A stretch of 60,422 bases of DNA, counting the filler, from Sphacelaria rigidula (lineage: Eukaryota), in NCBI GenBank assembly GCA_964200075.2. It is 5 parts of 5 records of this genome, joined end to end, with 100 filler letters (N's around TTAATTAATTAA, not from the genome) between each part and the next. Parts side by side here need not be neighbours in the genome. Positions count along the whole stretch, not along the records: positions 24,213 to 36,216 come from CAXNAA020004242.1; positions 36,317 to 48,319 come from CAXNAA020004243.1; 3 more parts are not named here. The stretch is one strand, 5' to 3'. Each line of letters begins with the position of its first letter. The stretch's first letter is position 1. Below are positions 34,536 through 45,977 of the stretch, piece by piece. Position numbers and translations under genes: made by a program. A model generated the notes under the pieces. The model was not told the origin of the DNA and did no database searches. It saw only the letters and a program-made list of their open reading frames with translations.

Positions 34536-36110
34536 CAGGGGTCTACACGTTGCACGTTGCACGTTACACGTTACGTTCATCAAATTTGTAAAATTTCACA
34601 AAACATTTCGTTTGGCACGTTGAAAAAATGTGACGTTCCCTTGACGTTCACGTTACGTTCATCACGAAAAAAAAATACCGTTTCGTTTCCTCACATGTAA
34701 CGTAAAATGAAACTTTTCTTGGGACGTGTAACGTCCAATATCCCGTTTCATTTTGTGCATGTCGCGGCTCATTCACCAGTGTTTGAGGCGTCGTAGCGTG
34801 TCGGGTTGCGCGTAACGTTACCGTGTACCTTGACGCTGACGGTGGCCCATCGTATGTTTGAGCGTGGACACATTATCTGGTTGTGTAACGTTACCCTCTC
34901 TTCGGTGTTTCTCTCCTTCATTCGTGTTTGACCGTAATATTTTCATATCTCCTTTTTTCTTCCGGTGTTCTTGTTTTCAATTTCCAATTTTCAAGAGCTT
35001 GGTCATTCGCACGACAGCAATACTGTACACGCAACAGATCGTGAGCATGATTGAACGCCGGCTTGAGTCATCCTCGCATTTCGCAGACGAAACTATATCG
35101 GGTACGCTTGCTTGTACGTATATGAATACATGTATACATGAACAAATAAAGTAGTTCATTACGGCCGTCGAAGGCAGGCATAGGGATGTATGCAGATGTG
35201 TGTGTACGACAGGCTCAAAACGCGGTCCAGACAATCAATGCACTCATCTAGCAGAGACTCAAATGCCCGCAGGTGGGAGGAAATAAAAATCCACCCACGC
35301 CACTTATTATGACCGACCTTGCGTCGTTTTTTTCTTTCAATTCGGGAGCCCCCTTTTTATTCCATTTGAGACGGTTGCGGGTGTTTGCGCTCAAAGTAGA
35401 GCCTGCACGTTGCAGGCAGAGGTCATATGCTCTGCATGTTCATGCACAACCATGTACATGCATCTGCATGTAGCGTCGAGCCCTACAGTCAAGGACGGTA
35501 TAGAACTGAAGACATTGCCGACATGACCGCTGCAAAATGCTAGCCTGACTCCCGTTGTCGCGAACGGATGACTGGCGACCTCATACTACCTGTCTGTCGT
35601 GTTTGCGAGTGCAGCCTATGCTTGTGACCTTGCACTGCAATACTGTGTTCGCGAGTACAGGCTGTAGTTGTAACCTTACACTACTATACTTGCGGAGTAG
35701 AGCTTGTAGTCGGAAATACAGTAGTATTGTACAGGGTTACAAGTACAGGCTGTACTTGTAACCTCGTACTAATAGCAAAATACACGGCCTGTACTTGTAT
35801 CGTTGTACAGTAGTAACCGTGTCTTGTAGCATTTCGAAATTCATCGCAAACTTGAAGGGTGCACCACTTCATATCACGTGTTTATTACGCTTCATGTAAC
35901 ATGTGACGCCTAGATCACGTGTGACGCGCATAAGACGTTACACGTTCCATGAAACGTTGAAAACACGTTTTATATCACGTGTTTTCAACGCTTGGGCAGT
36001 TTAACGTTACGGCCCTCAAGCTTTTTTTCAACGTTCACGTCACGTTTTGGCAAAAACGTAACGCGAACGTAATGTGTAACGTTGCGGGACGTGTAACGTG
36101 TAGACCCCTG
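34536..36110. mobile_element. Non-autonomous DNA transposon, hAT-like, with dense subterminal ACGT repeats
   Basis: Perfect 16-bp TIR CAGGGGTCTACACGTT...AACGTGTAGACCCCTG; many (C/A)ACGTT motifs in the terminal ~250 bp on each side; no transposase ORF; no TSD visible. Confidence 0.75.
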
Positions 36111-36338
36111 TATAGTTCGAGTCAAGGTGGATGAAAGGTTGCACGGTTAGGAAAAATCATCACGACTCAAAATCACTAAATTCACGATTTCTTCGGCCTG
36201 ATTGCCCAAAAGGGAGNNNNNNNNNNNNNNNNNNNNNNNNNNNNNNNNNNNNNNNNNNNNTTAATTAATTAANNNNNNNNNNNNNNNNNNNNNNNNNNNN
36301 NNNNNNNNNNNNNNNNGGGGGGGGGGGGGGCTGCGCGC

Positions 36339-36369
<31 letters not shown>

Positions 36370-37462
36370 TACTCATTCTGTTGCTCGCCTTAATCCTTCG
36401 ACCATTGACCACGGATCCCTTTCGAGACCGAGCACAGTGGGGAAGGAAAATAGCACAAGGAAAAAAAGAAGCAACCATCAGAGCGAATAATGAATACTGC
36501 GTTTTATCAAAACGCCGACAACAACCTGACAGTGGATTACCATGTTTTTATTCACGGGTTTCGTGTAGCAACGTGACCATCCCGAGACACCAAAAAGGAC
36601 GGGGGAGAGGGGGCGGGAAGTGTACTCATTACATCGCATCCGGTAGTCATACGACCATTGACCTCGCATCCCTACGAAACCCCCGCCGGAACAGGGGGGA
36701 GGAAAGATGGAGGGGGGACGTACTCATGTCTTGATTGCCTTGGTAATTTGACCCATGACATCGCATCTCTTTCGAGGCGGAGCACCGTTCCTACCCCCAA
36801 AGGAGACACCTCGGACATTTAAACGCTCCCGGCGTTTTTCGACTTCTCGACACAACTCGCAGCTTCGCGCTGAGAAATACCTCGTAAAATTCGCCCACAC
36901 ACGAAAGTCGGCTGCTTGAGAAATGAACATGCACACAGGAAGCCATGAAAAGCGTTGCCCGCGGATTCTGAACTATAAAACGGCGCTACTGAGACTATTC
37001 ACCTACGGCGCTCATTCCGATACACACACATCTCACGGCATTATTTGTCGGCGGACAACGCGCGAGGTCTGAGGTCCTCTATTAGCTTGCATCTGAAATT
37101 ACCAACGCGGGCTACTGGATTCCTTCATCACGATCACCCCCGCTCTCGAATGCTCCGAGAAACTCTCGAGTGCCCAGGTTTAGGGCTCAATATATGAATC
37201 CGCTGTCTCCCATCCCTCGTGAGTCCACAATAACAAGACAAGTGGTGATTGTAGTGTGGCCTATACCTGATGATGCGGGGAGCTGGGTTTTCTCAAACGC
37301 TCCGATGAAAATACGATAAACGCGTCTGCATGGCCAGGAGTGGCGTATCACTTCATTTCTGCCGGCCACTACTAGAGGTATCTCAAGCTCGACATTCCCG
37401 GTACAGTTCACACTAATTTTCAGTTGAACATATGAGGAACCTCGAGTTTGAGATACCTTCAA

Positions 37463-37565
37463 CCCTCAGACCGCGAGGTTAGTTAGTCTTCTGTTGAATC
37501 GGCGTCAATTTCAAGTGAAGAAAAAGTATGCATGATCCAGGAAGACTAATCTCGCGGTCCAAGGG
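37463..37565. mobile_element. piggyBac-like MITE copy
   Basis: CCCTCAGACCGCGAGGTTAG...CTAATCTCGCGGTCCAAGGG followed by TTAA; reverse orientation relative to 45881-45977. Confidence 0.8.
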
Positions 37566-40500
37566 TTAACTACTCCGCAAATCATGAAACCGTGGAATGA
37601 TGCATACTAGATGTTCTCGTACCCGCCTTTGCATGTCCCCAAAAACATTGATTTTGATTCAGCCCTTCTTGAGGAACTCCCATCAACTCCAAGTGGCCGA
37701 CGAACACCCCGCAGGTCAGATATACATGCACCTGACAACTCGAATACACAGACGACACACACAGCTCGCCAAGACAGATACGCACATGGCAAGTGCCGAA
37801 GCTCATGAGAATAGTAGGTAGGCGCGTGGACTACGCCGAGTTGCCAGGTGATTTTGATAGGTTCAATTCCCACACTGCCTTAATCAAAGCTTTGCGAATG
37901 CTCGAGGCACCTACCCCATATGACCGCCACACTGTGGTCTAGACGTTCGTGGGGTACGTGTTGGGGTCAGGTTCCCTCCTTTATTCAAGGAAACGAGAAA
38001 AAAAAAATATATGTCTCCACTGTGTACGTGCATCCTGGGGATCGCATAGAATCGAAATCCATGCGTACGGGCCTTCAGGATGTCGACGGTGTCACTTGGT
38101 GAGTTTTCGAGCTGAATGAACCAAGTTGATCCCACGACTTCAAGGTCAGGGTGGAGGGGCATCTGGTCCTCGCACACGCTTGCTTCGAGTGAAAATGATG
38201 CCGATTCTACGCATGACCCAACCTGGCAATAACGGACGAGCGATTGCATCCGGACATGCCCGGCGCTACCCGCTCCAGCATGGGGCTACAACCCCACAGC
38301 GCGCTCCTCATTTTTGTATTTTCAAGGGCCAAACAACCATCTCCGAGTACCGTCCGTGTGCGATATTGTACAGTGGTACCTTTTACGAACCACATGCCCC
38401 AAGATATTTCTAGCTTTAGACTGAATACCATAACCTTACATGGCGTTTTTGGAACAAGGTCTTCGTCTCGCGGGCCGTTCGCCGCCAACACTCTCATCTC
38501 ACAACTGTATTGTGAGGCCCTGTCTAAACGGGAGGAAAAAAGTGAAAGCTCACGATGATGAGAGAGAGAGAATGGCAAACACCTCACGCGTGACAACCAT
38601 TTCAGGTCCCGTTTTGCATCCCCATTCTCAGTTACCGTTTTCCTCTCCCGTCATTACGGGATCCAGTTGTTGTATTGTCGTGGCTGCACTGTGTTTTATA
38701 CCCACTGACGGCGCCGAAATATGCTTCTACCGTATTTCCAACTACAGACAATATCCAAATCAACGTCAGATCCACGATCCGCAAAAAAAAAATGGCACCA
38801 GGCATCCGGACGCAGGCATGGCGGTTCGGTGCCGTCGCCTTTGCCTTGACATGCAAGCGGGTTTGTCAAGCCTTGAAGCGATAGACACCCATGCAGCAGG
38901 CGGTCAGGAGGATGTCAACTTTTCATTCAACCCGCGAACCTCTACTCGGAAACCGAACGGAGTACTATCTGCGGGCAGGTTCAAAAGACTTGACGCCTAC
39001 GGATGCAAGGGGTTACGGTACATGGAAGAGATCGCTGCCACGTTCATGCCGCATGTCGAGGCTACTCATTTGGCATGCACGAGCCCTGACTGGAAGGACA
39101 AGGTCGTCCCACCACAGGAACAAAGGTTGGCGACCCGCCCCGTCGTTGATCCTTCGAGTCCTCGTACATGAACACGCCGGGTATGATAAGTCCCTTTCCA
39201 GGTGAAAGTGGAGGCTAATTTACCGGCGTTGGACTACAAATGTCCACCGTTGACACAATTAGACAAGTATCCCTACCCCTAACCCCAACCCAACGCATAC
39301 GAGCTAGGACAGCTCGAAAGCGGCTAAACACCACAGCTCTCCCAGTTTCCCGACTGAACCCGATGTAAACACATCACTGTGAACTGCAGACCCACCTGAT
39401 GACAAAAGACTGCGTCGCTGTTCGATTGGCGTCGTATTGCCGATGACGTGATTGTACTACGTGGAGCACGGGGTGCGTCTGATATCGTTGGGCGATAGCG
39501 TATCGGAGTGTGTATGTTTTTTTTTTTTTAATGCGGTGGGTTCACGTCAGCGATCACCCCGCACTGGGTATATGTGGGGCGCAGCAGTGTCACGCAAAAC
39601 GTCGCACGCACGGCCCAGTCCCACGACTCTTGAGCTGCAATTTCACCACGACCTTCAGCACCCAAAGGCATCATGCATCACGGGAGCAGCTGCAGATTAT
39701 AGTTGTTTCCTAATTTCATTACGTTATCTTGTTTTTGATCAAATTTCGAATCCTCATAACTTTGTTTCGCTTTTTTTTTCTTCGCTGCTCTCGTCATATT
39801 CTGCATGTCGATCACAATAAGCTGCTGTCAAAATTTCAGCGTCCACCTCCTAATTCTACGCTGTGCGTCGCCTGAGCGAGAAAACTCTCCACTGTTGGCT
39901 GGCCCAGCTAATACCGGGAACCCTCGGGCAGAGGCGGTACATACATGTCCTGGGCAAAGTGTGGCCTTGGCGGACCCCAAACCGGCGTCTGCGGCGCCGA
40001 TTTCAACGAGAACGCGTTGTGCGCACGCGAGGGGCACACGGGACTGTCACCCCTACTGAAATTCCGATTCTCGTTGCCTTCAAGTCCAAATCAAGTAATA
40101 TCAACCATGAACATTTGTAGCCAAACACCGATAAACTCTACTGTGAAAGTGACGCCGATCGAGGAGGGACAGCCATGAGGGGTGAAGGGATCAAGGGGTT
40201 ACGGTGACGGATAAAAAAAATGAGGTAACTCCCAACAACGAATGTGAAACCACTGTCTGTGTATTCCTCCAGACCAGTTCCGGTGTCATGCAGGGCGGAC
40301 CCGAATGCACTACAGTACTTCATCTCCACCCCCTGAGCTCCCGTTTGTAGGGGCTGAACGGAGGCCTGAGCAGGCCCGAGAAAATCTCAGCAGGCGGCAC
40401 GGACACTGTAATGGCAATACTACTTCACACCTGCACAACAGACCCCGATCAAACACAGAAATACGTCCTCAGCACAAGCGCACCAAGTCTGGCGCTTGTC

Positions 40501-41239
40501 CTCTAGCCCTTGCTCATTCGCGCACAACCGTCCTTCCTTCTGCGGCCATCCGTCCAGTATTGGGGGAGGGGCGGCCGTGTGCGTGACGATAACGATGCCA
40601 ACGCTGCAACAGTAGTTGACCGTGTGAGCATCCTTTACATGACATGAGTCCGACATATATAATGGTATCTCGTATGTTCAAATTTGGACCAATCCTCACG
40701 TGAACCGATGATCGTACCCAACAGGGTTCAACAAGAGCGGCTCGAGCCATGCTTCGCTTGGCAACGAAACGTAGAAGGGAAGTCTTTTCGGAGGAGGGGG
40801 GGGGGGAATGACCCAAAGTGCCCTGCACAATAAAATCTATAGTCGGGATCGAGACCGAACGTGTTTTAGGTCCAGCAAGGGCATGAAAAATGCTTCGGAT
40901 ATTCATAACAACTGGACCCTTGGAGACCAACAGTATAAGGAACAGTAGCTGAGCACGAGCAGCGAAAAATGTCTCGGAGATATTCGAGATCTGAGCCGAT
41001 GACAACCAGCAGAACGGGTATTAGCAGCTGAGAACGGGCAACAAAATATGTCTAGGAGATGTATGACATCTGTGTTTATGGCAACCAGCAGTGTGGGCAA
41101 CAGCAGCTGAGCACGCGCAGCAAAAAATGTCTCGAACATGTATGAGATCTGGGCGCTTCGTGCTCAGCTGCTGATGCCGATACTGTTGGTCGCCATCGAC
41201 CCAGCTCTAATGAATCTCCGCAGCATTTCTGAACCCAAC

Positions 41240-41570
41240 TTGAGTGTGTGTGTTGTGTTGTCGTCCCATTTATTCTGGGCACCAGTCTACACCTTTCGGT
41301 GTATGTGGGCGCATCAGCCGGGGTCACACAGGAGTTTTTTTTCTTCATTTGATTTTGATGCCCCACCTTCCTTTTGCGGTGCTCGCCTTTTATTTTTATC
41401 GCGAGAGCGGTCCAGCAGTCTCTTTCCCTCGTCGACCGTTAAGTCGAATCTTGTGTACCCACGACATAGTCGCTCTCCAATGTAGGGCATGGTGTGAGAA
41501 ACGATTCCGGATCGCTCCGGGAATCGAACCCCCTTACTTCACCATCAGAAGCTTACGAGATTACCAACTG
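41240..41570 (-). mobile_element. SINE family 2 copy, full length
   Basis: Reverse strand reads CAGTTGGTAA...CTTCTGATGG...GGTTCGATTCCC head, then the same body as 10775-11160. Confidence 0.7.
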
Positions 41571-42809
41571 CATGTGATGTATGTCTATTTTCTTCGAGAT
41601 GAATATGGGGCTGGTTTGTGGATGGGGGGAAGGGGGGGCACCGTACCGTCAACAAGAAAACAGGTCTCGACACTGTTTCTTTCGAGAAGAGTGGTGGACC
41701 CAAAATGGTACTCGTAACCAAACTTTTTTCAAGTTACTCCCTGCTTCCCATTTCGTGGTCTGGGTCCAGGGGCTAGCAAGCCGCACGGGGAGCAACAATG
41801 TTTCGACCCAAAACAGGCGACAGTAGTAACGACATCAAGCGAAGGAATCACAGTCGATTCGAGGGGTTCTAAGGCCGATCGAAGAGAGTTGCACTGCCCT
41901 ACCTACGACGCTCGATAGTCCGCAAGATGACTTTTACTGGAATCAACGGCGCAGTGATGTGACCACGGCTAGGTTCCTCAGGGTTCCGTTAGTGTGGGAA
42001 AACCAATCCATCAGTCATTCAATGCCGAGCTTGTTTCGCCTGCCATCCCCGTGGAGTAAAATGCATGGAGATTGATTGCACCCGGTGTTTCGGGGAAAAC
42101 CGCACAGCACGAAGCTTGCAAGAAGACAAGAGAATTGGCGCTTCGGGGGGCGGAAAAGACTCCACAATTGTCGATACAGAACGTCAACGATACATGCTCG
42201 CTCAATGCAGAACCATAGTCAGGACCACGCCTTCACAGCACTTCGCATCCTAGTATCAAGGCAGGCTAGGCTATTCATCTGTGGACGTGCGCGTGAAATA
42301 GTAAGTTCGCTTGTACGCGATTCTTCCTACCTTGGAATCCCACGCACACGTTTGCACCTCCTGCGGATGAGCTGGCCATCGACTAGGGGAGGGGGACGTC
42401 CAGTTGGGCTACACGCGATCTCTACACGGGGTATACCGAGAACCCTCGGGCAAGGGGGGTGCACAGGGTTGCCTAAGCAAAGCGTGCGTTGTTAGATCTT
42501 ACATCGGCGGCACAGGCGCCGACTCGAACGAAAACGCGTTTGTGCGGGCCCCACCGGGAATGAATGCATCGTCAAATTACTATCCCCCAAACCTGCCCTC
42601 TGGCATGCTTCTGCAGTCCAGTCGTCATGGTGCATGGCGCGCGGCGTCGTAGCGGTATCACACGTTGCTGTAACAGCTAAATATCATCTGTCATATGGAT
42701 CTGGGGGGAAGAGAAAACCCTGGCCTCCCTGCCAGCCCCATGATTTCATCGCCTGCGCATATGCTTGTAGTGCTTCCACACTACACACATGTCCGGCATA
42801 TCCCTATCT

Positions 42810-43660
42810 GGGGCTACGTGACATACATACCGTATTCCTTCCCCAGGGTTTTGGTGAAACAAAAGTTCAAGACGGTACCGTGATCCTCCAGCAGCCGTAA
42901 AACGCTGCTCGCCATCATGTGCGCCAAATCGTTCCCCCCCGACCCGCTGTACAGAAGGCCACCGTGAACAACACGATATCCCTGGCTAAAGCAATAGACT
43001 CCGCGGGGGCGCTCACTTCCTGCTAACCGTATCCTGATAGCTGAGACAATCGCGGCCAGATCTGGGCGCTGAAGCGGCCGCGCTTGCTTTGTTGCAGCAC
43101 CCACCTACCTTTTGCTGTTCTGCAACCGAGAATGCCAAGTACTCCGCTAGAGGGGACACTCTTGACAAGTCGTCGTTGTTAAAGAAAATCTCTCTGTACG
43201 CACAGCGCAGTTTCGATATATATGAATATATATGTACTGTTTGTTGAGCGAGGTATGTGCATACCGCTCCGCGCACCCGAGACCTAGATCCTTGCATTGT
43301 ACCAAGGTATCCGTTCTTATCTGCGGGCATTGCGCAACGTGCACCACTTTCGTACCGATGCCCTGTGAGTCCTGGTATGCACTTTTCCATCCCACGTCAA
43401 CGCCCGAACTCTCGCGTATAAAAACGATCGAAATCATCGGCTACGACACTCTTACGCCCATGTTCTACCTGAGCCGCCCGGGCCGCGGCGGACGCCGCTA
43501 GTCAGTCATTAACAACATAATGCCATTGATTTGCAAAGGCGCCTGCCCTTGCGGTCTCAGCGTTGGCCGCACTAATTTGGCGGGCACACCACAGCTCTGA
43601 CAAAACCTGTAATTACCATCATCATGCCCTAGACGTGCTCCGCACAGCACCGTAGACACA
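42810..43660 (-). pseudogene. Tyrosine recombinase remnant with Cys/His-rich N-terminus
   Basis: Frameshifted ORFs 43498-43719, 43147-43437, 43013-43390 and 42814-43104 join into a CxxC...H-C...KLR...KQA.P...SG.(R)G.DL...KTL pattern; the expected catalytic Arg position reads G. Confidence 0.6.
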
Positions 43661-44270
43661 CGATCCGCAGTTCTGGTAATGCCCTGAGGCAATCCGAGAG
43701 AGCATCTGTCTGCCGTCATCCCTCAGCCGCCACCCATGTATCTGTGCCCGCCGTCACCTAATACAAGATCGGATACCAATCCTAACCGTAAATGGAAATA
43801 AGCTAGAAATTATGCCAAGTAAATCCCTAGCCGTCACTCGATTTTCAGTGAAACTATTGTTTGCCTGGGATGCATGCAGGGGAAAGAAACTCTTGTGCCG
43901 CGAAGCAGCAGGCGCCATGACGCAATACGTATTTGCTGAAATGAGCGCTCACTTTGGCCGGGTGACCATGCATGATGCACGCTCCCCTTGATCGGGAGTC
44001 CACACCCTGCCCTCGTTATGGCCAGGGTTAGGGTTGGGGCTTTCGCTAGCAGTGTAGGTGAATCAAGCTGTTCAAAGATCCATAAGGGGCCTGAGATTAG
44101 TATCACCCCTCATCTCGGGCTGGAGCTCGGACCCTGTCGGCACACGATGACGACCAGGCATAACTTTCACCATGCCTTGTTTTTTCATGAAATCTCACCA
44201 ACAGTTTGGACTTCGGACACGCGTTTTTTTTTTTGAGGGTGTGATGTCGGAAAATCAAAAGGCCGTTTAG

Positions 44271-44368
44271 CCCTTAGACCACGAGGGTAGTCTTTCTGGA
44301 CCATGCGTACTGTTCTTCACTTGAAACTGATGCCGATTCAACAGAAGACTAACCTCGCGGTCTAAGGG
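44271..44368. mobile_element. piggyBac-like MITE copy flanked by TTAG/TTAG
   Basis: CCCTTAGACCACGAG...CTCGCGGTCTAAGGG with TTAG on both sides. Confidence 0.85.
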
Positions 44369-45055
44369 TTAGTTAGTTGCTGCTCAGGCCAGCAGCCCCA
44401 CCCACAACATCGTACTTATGTTCCGGTTTCGAGATTCGGACTTGCATTTTGTGTGCTGTGTGTTTGATGCCATCCCATTTATTCTGGATGTGAGTCTACA
44501 CCGTTCAGTATATGTGGACGGATCAGCCGGGGTCACACAGGGGAAAGGCCGATACAGGACTTTTCTTGAATCTTAATTTTGTTCCAGTTCTCCTTAGTCC
44601 TTCCGCGAAGGTTGCCTTCCTTTTTTTTCCAAGAAAACAATATTTTGGTCGAGACACAAGACACGCCTTGGAATCGTTCGCCAACAAAGTTTGCTCATGG
44701 GAAAGTTAAAGAGCTCCTAAACACCACAACATACCATATCGCGCGGGACGCTGACCCGGGTTAGGAGAAGACAAGGCGCAACGAGCTTGGGCCGTAGCTC
44801 TTGGTCCAAGCGAGTACGATACCCTGCGCCTAGGTGGAGTCGGATCACCAGTAAAACATGATACGAATGATTCGTGCCGGATAGACACCCCAGAATCGAG
44901 CGCATAAACGGTTCACATCTACACCGCTAGCAACTTTCATGACAGCACACACACGGCCGGGCCTCTCCACCATCGATTCCGAAGGGAATTTCGCCATAAA
45001 ACGAACATCATTTCGTGAGAACGAACGAGAACTATAGCGCCAGACGTGATGCACT

Positions 45056-45160
45056 CGATATCACACGATTTCAGCACGATATCACACGATTTCAGCACGA
45101 TATCACACGATTTCAGCACGATATCACACGATTTCAGCACGATATCACACGATTTCAGCA
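45056..45160. repeat. Perfect 21-bp minisatellite x5 (CGATATCACACGATTTCAGCA)
   Basis: Five identical contiguous units with no spacers. Confidence 0.95.
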
Positions 45161-45189
45161 CAGTAGTCCTTTTCCATGAGATCCGTTAA

Positions 45190-45287
45190 ACCTTAGACAG
45201 CGAGATTAGTTTTTCTGGATCATGCATACTATTTTTCACTTGAAATTGATGCCGATTCAACAGAAGACTAACCTCGCGGTCTAAGGG
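45190..45287. mobile_element. piggyBac-like MITE copy with TTAA flanks, abutting an older inverted copy at 45292
   Basis: TTAA-ACCTTAGACAGCGAGATTAG...CTAACCTCGCGGTCTAAGGG-TTAA-CCCTTGGGC. Confidence 0.85.
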
Positions 45288-45880
45288 TTAACCCTTGGGC
45301 TGCCAGGGTGGACCACCCGTTGAATCGGCATCATTTTCACTCTGAACATAAACGTAAGGGTCAAATGACCTCCCGGGCGGGCAAAAGGTGCCCTCACACC
45401 AAGGTGTTTGACCTGTTAACTCTGTAACAAATATTACGCACTCGAAAAACGAGAACAGGGATCGGCATGATCCACCTCACTACCCGTCGGTCGACTCGGT
45501 GATCGCATGTAGCGTGTACGACCCGCTGAATCGGCATTATTCTGATTTGAGGGTTCAGATAAGAGCCAATCTAGTCAGTGGTGGAAGGAGTTGAAATCAA
45601 TACACCTGTTGAGGCTTGAGTGTATTACGACCCGAAACAATACTGCTGAGATGAACTACTGTAGAATCGATAAGACTCAGACTGGTCGTTGCCGACGCAA
45701 CTTTGTTCGATCTGGAGGAGGGGGATGGTTGTCACTGACCCGTCCGATCCCATGCCATAGGAATCTCAACGGAAGAAGCCAGTGTAGTTGACCACTCGGG
45801 AGGGTGCTATGGTCGATTTCCAGTTCGACTTGATTCTGGTGTTTCACCCTTGGACAGGAAGAGCAGGTAATCTTTTTTAA

Positions 45881-45977
45881 CCCATAGACCGCGAGATTAG
45901 TCTTTTTGGATCATGCATACTTTTTTCACTTGAAATTGATGCCAATTCAACAGAAGACTAACCTCGCGGTCTAAGGG
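45881..45977. mobile_element. piggyBac-like 97-bp MITE with TTAA TSD, nested in an older relative
   Basis: TTAA-CCCATAGACCGCGAGATTAGTCTT...AAGACTAACCTCGCGGTCTAAGGG-TTAA; ~24-bp imperfect TIR with CCC/GGG ends. Confidence 0.9.

Larger units (their letters stand above)
42000..45050 (-). mobile_element. Decayed tyrosine-recombinase retroelement (DIRS/Ngaro-like)
   Basis: Minus-strand remnants in order: GVDVNRLCARFWGVY (RT N-terminal-like, ~44900), AWSPG/WRLLL (~43950), DDGNYRFCQSCG, GTKVVHVAQC, YISKLR, EYLAFSVAEQ, KQARP, YSGSGGNDL..VLRL..DHGTVLNFCFTKTL (YR-like). Recognised from recalled family motifs; outer boundaries uncertain. Confidence 0.6.

Noticed and set aside
38440-39171. 243-aa ORF
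   Set aside because: No recognisable domain, N-terminal half looks non-coding (A-runs, GA repeat); cannot be supported as a gene.
45056-45160. CRISPR-like array
   Set aside because: Units are contiguous with no unique spacers, no cas genes, eukaryotic context.
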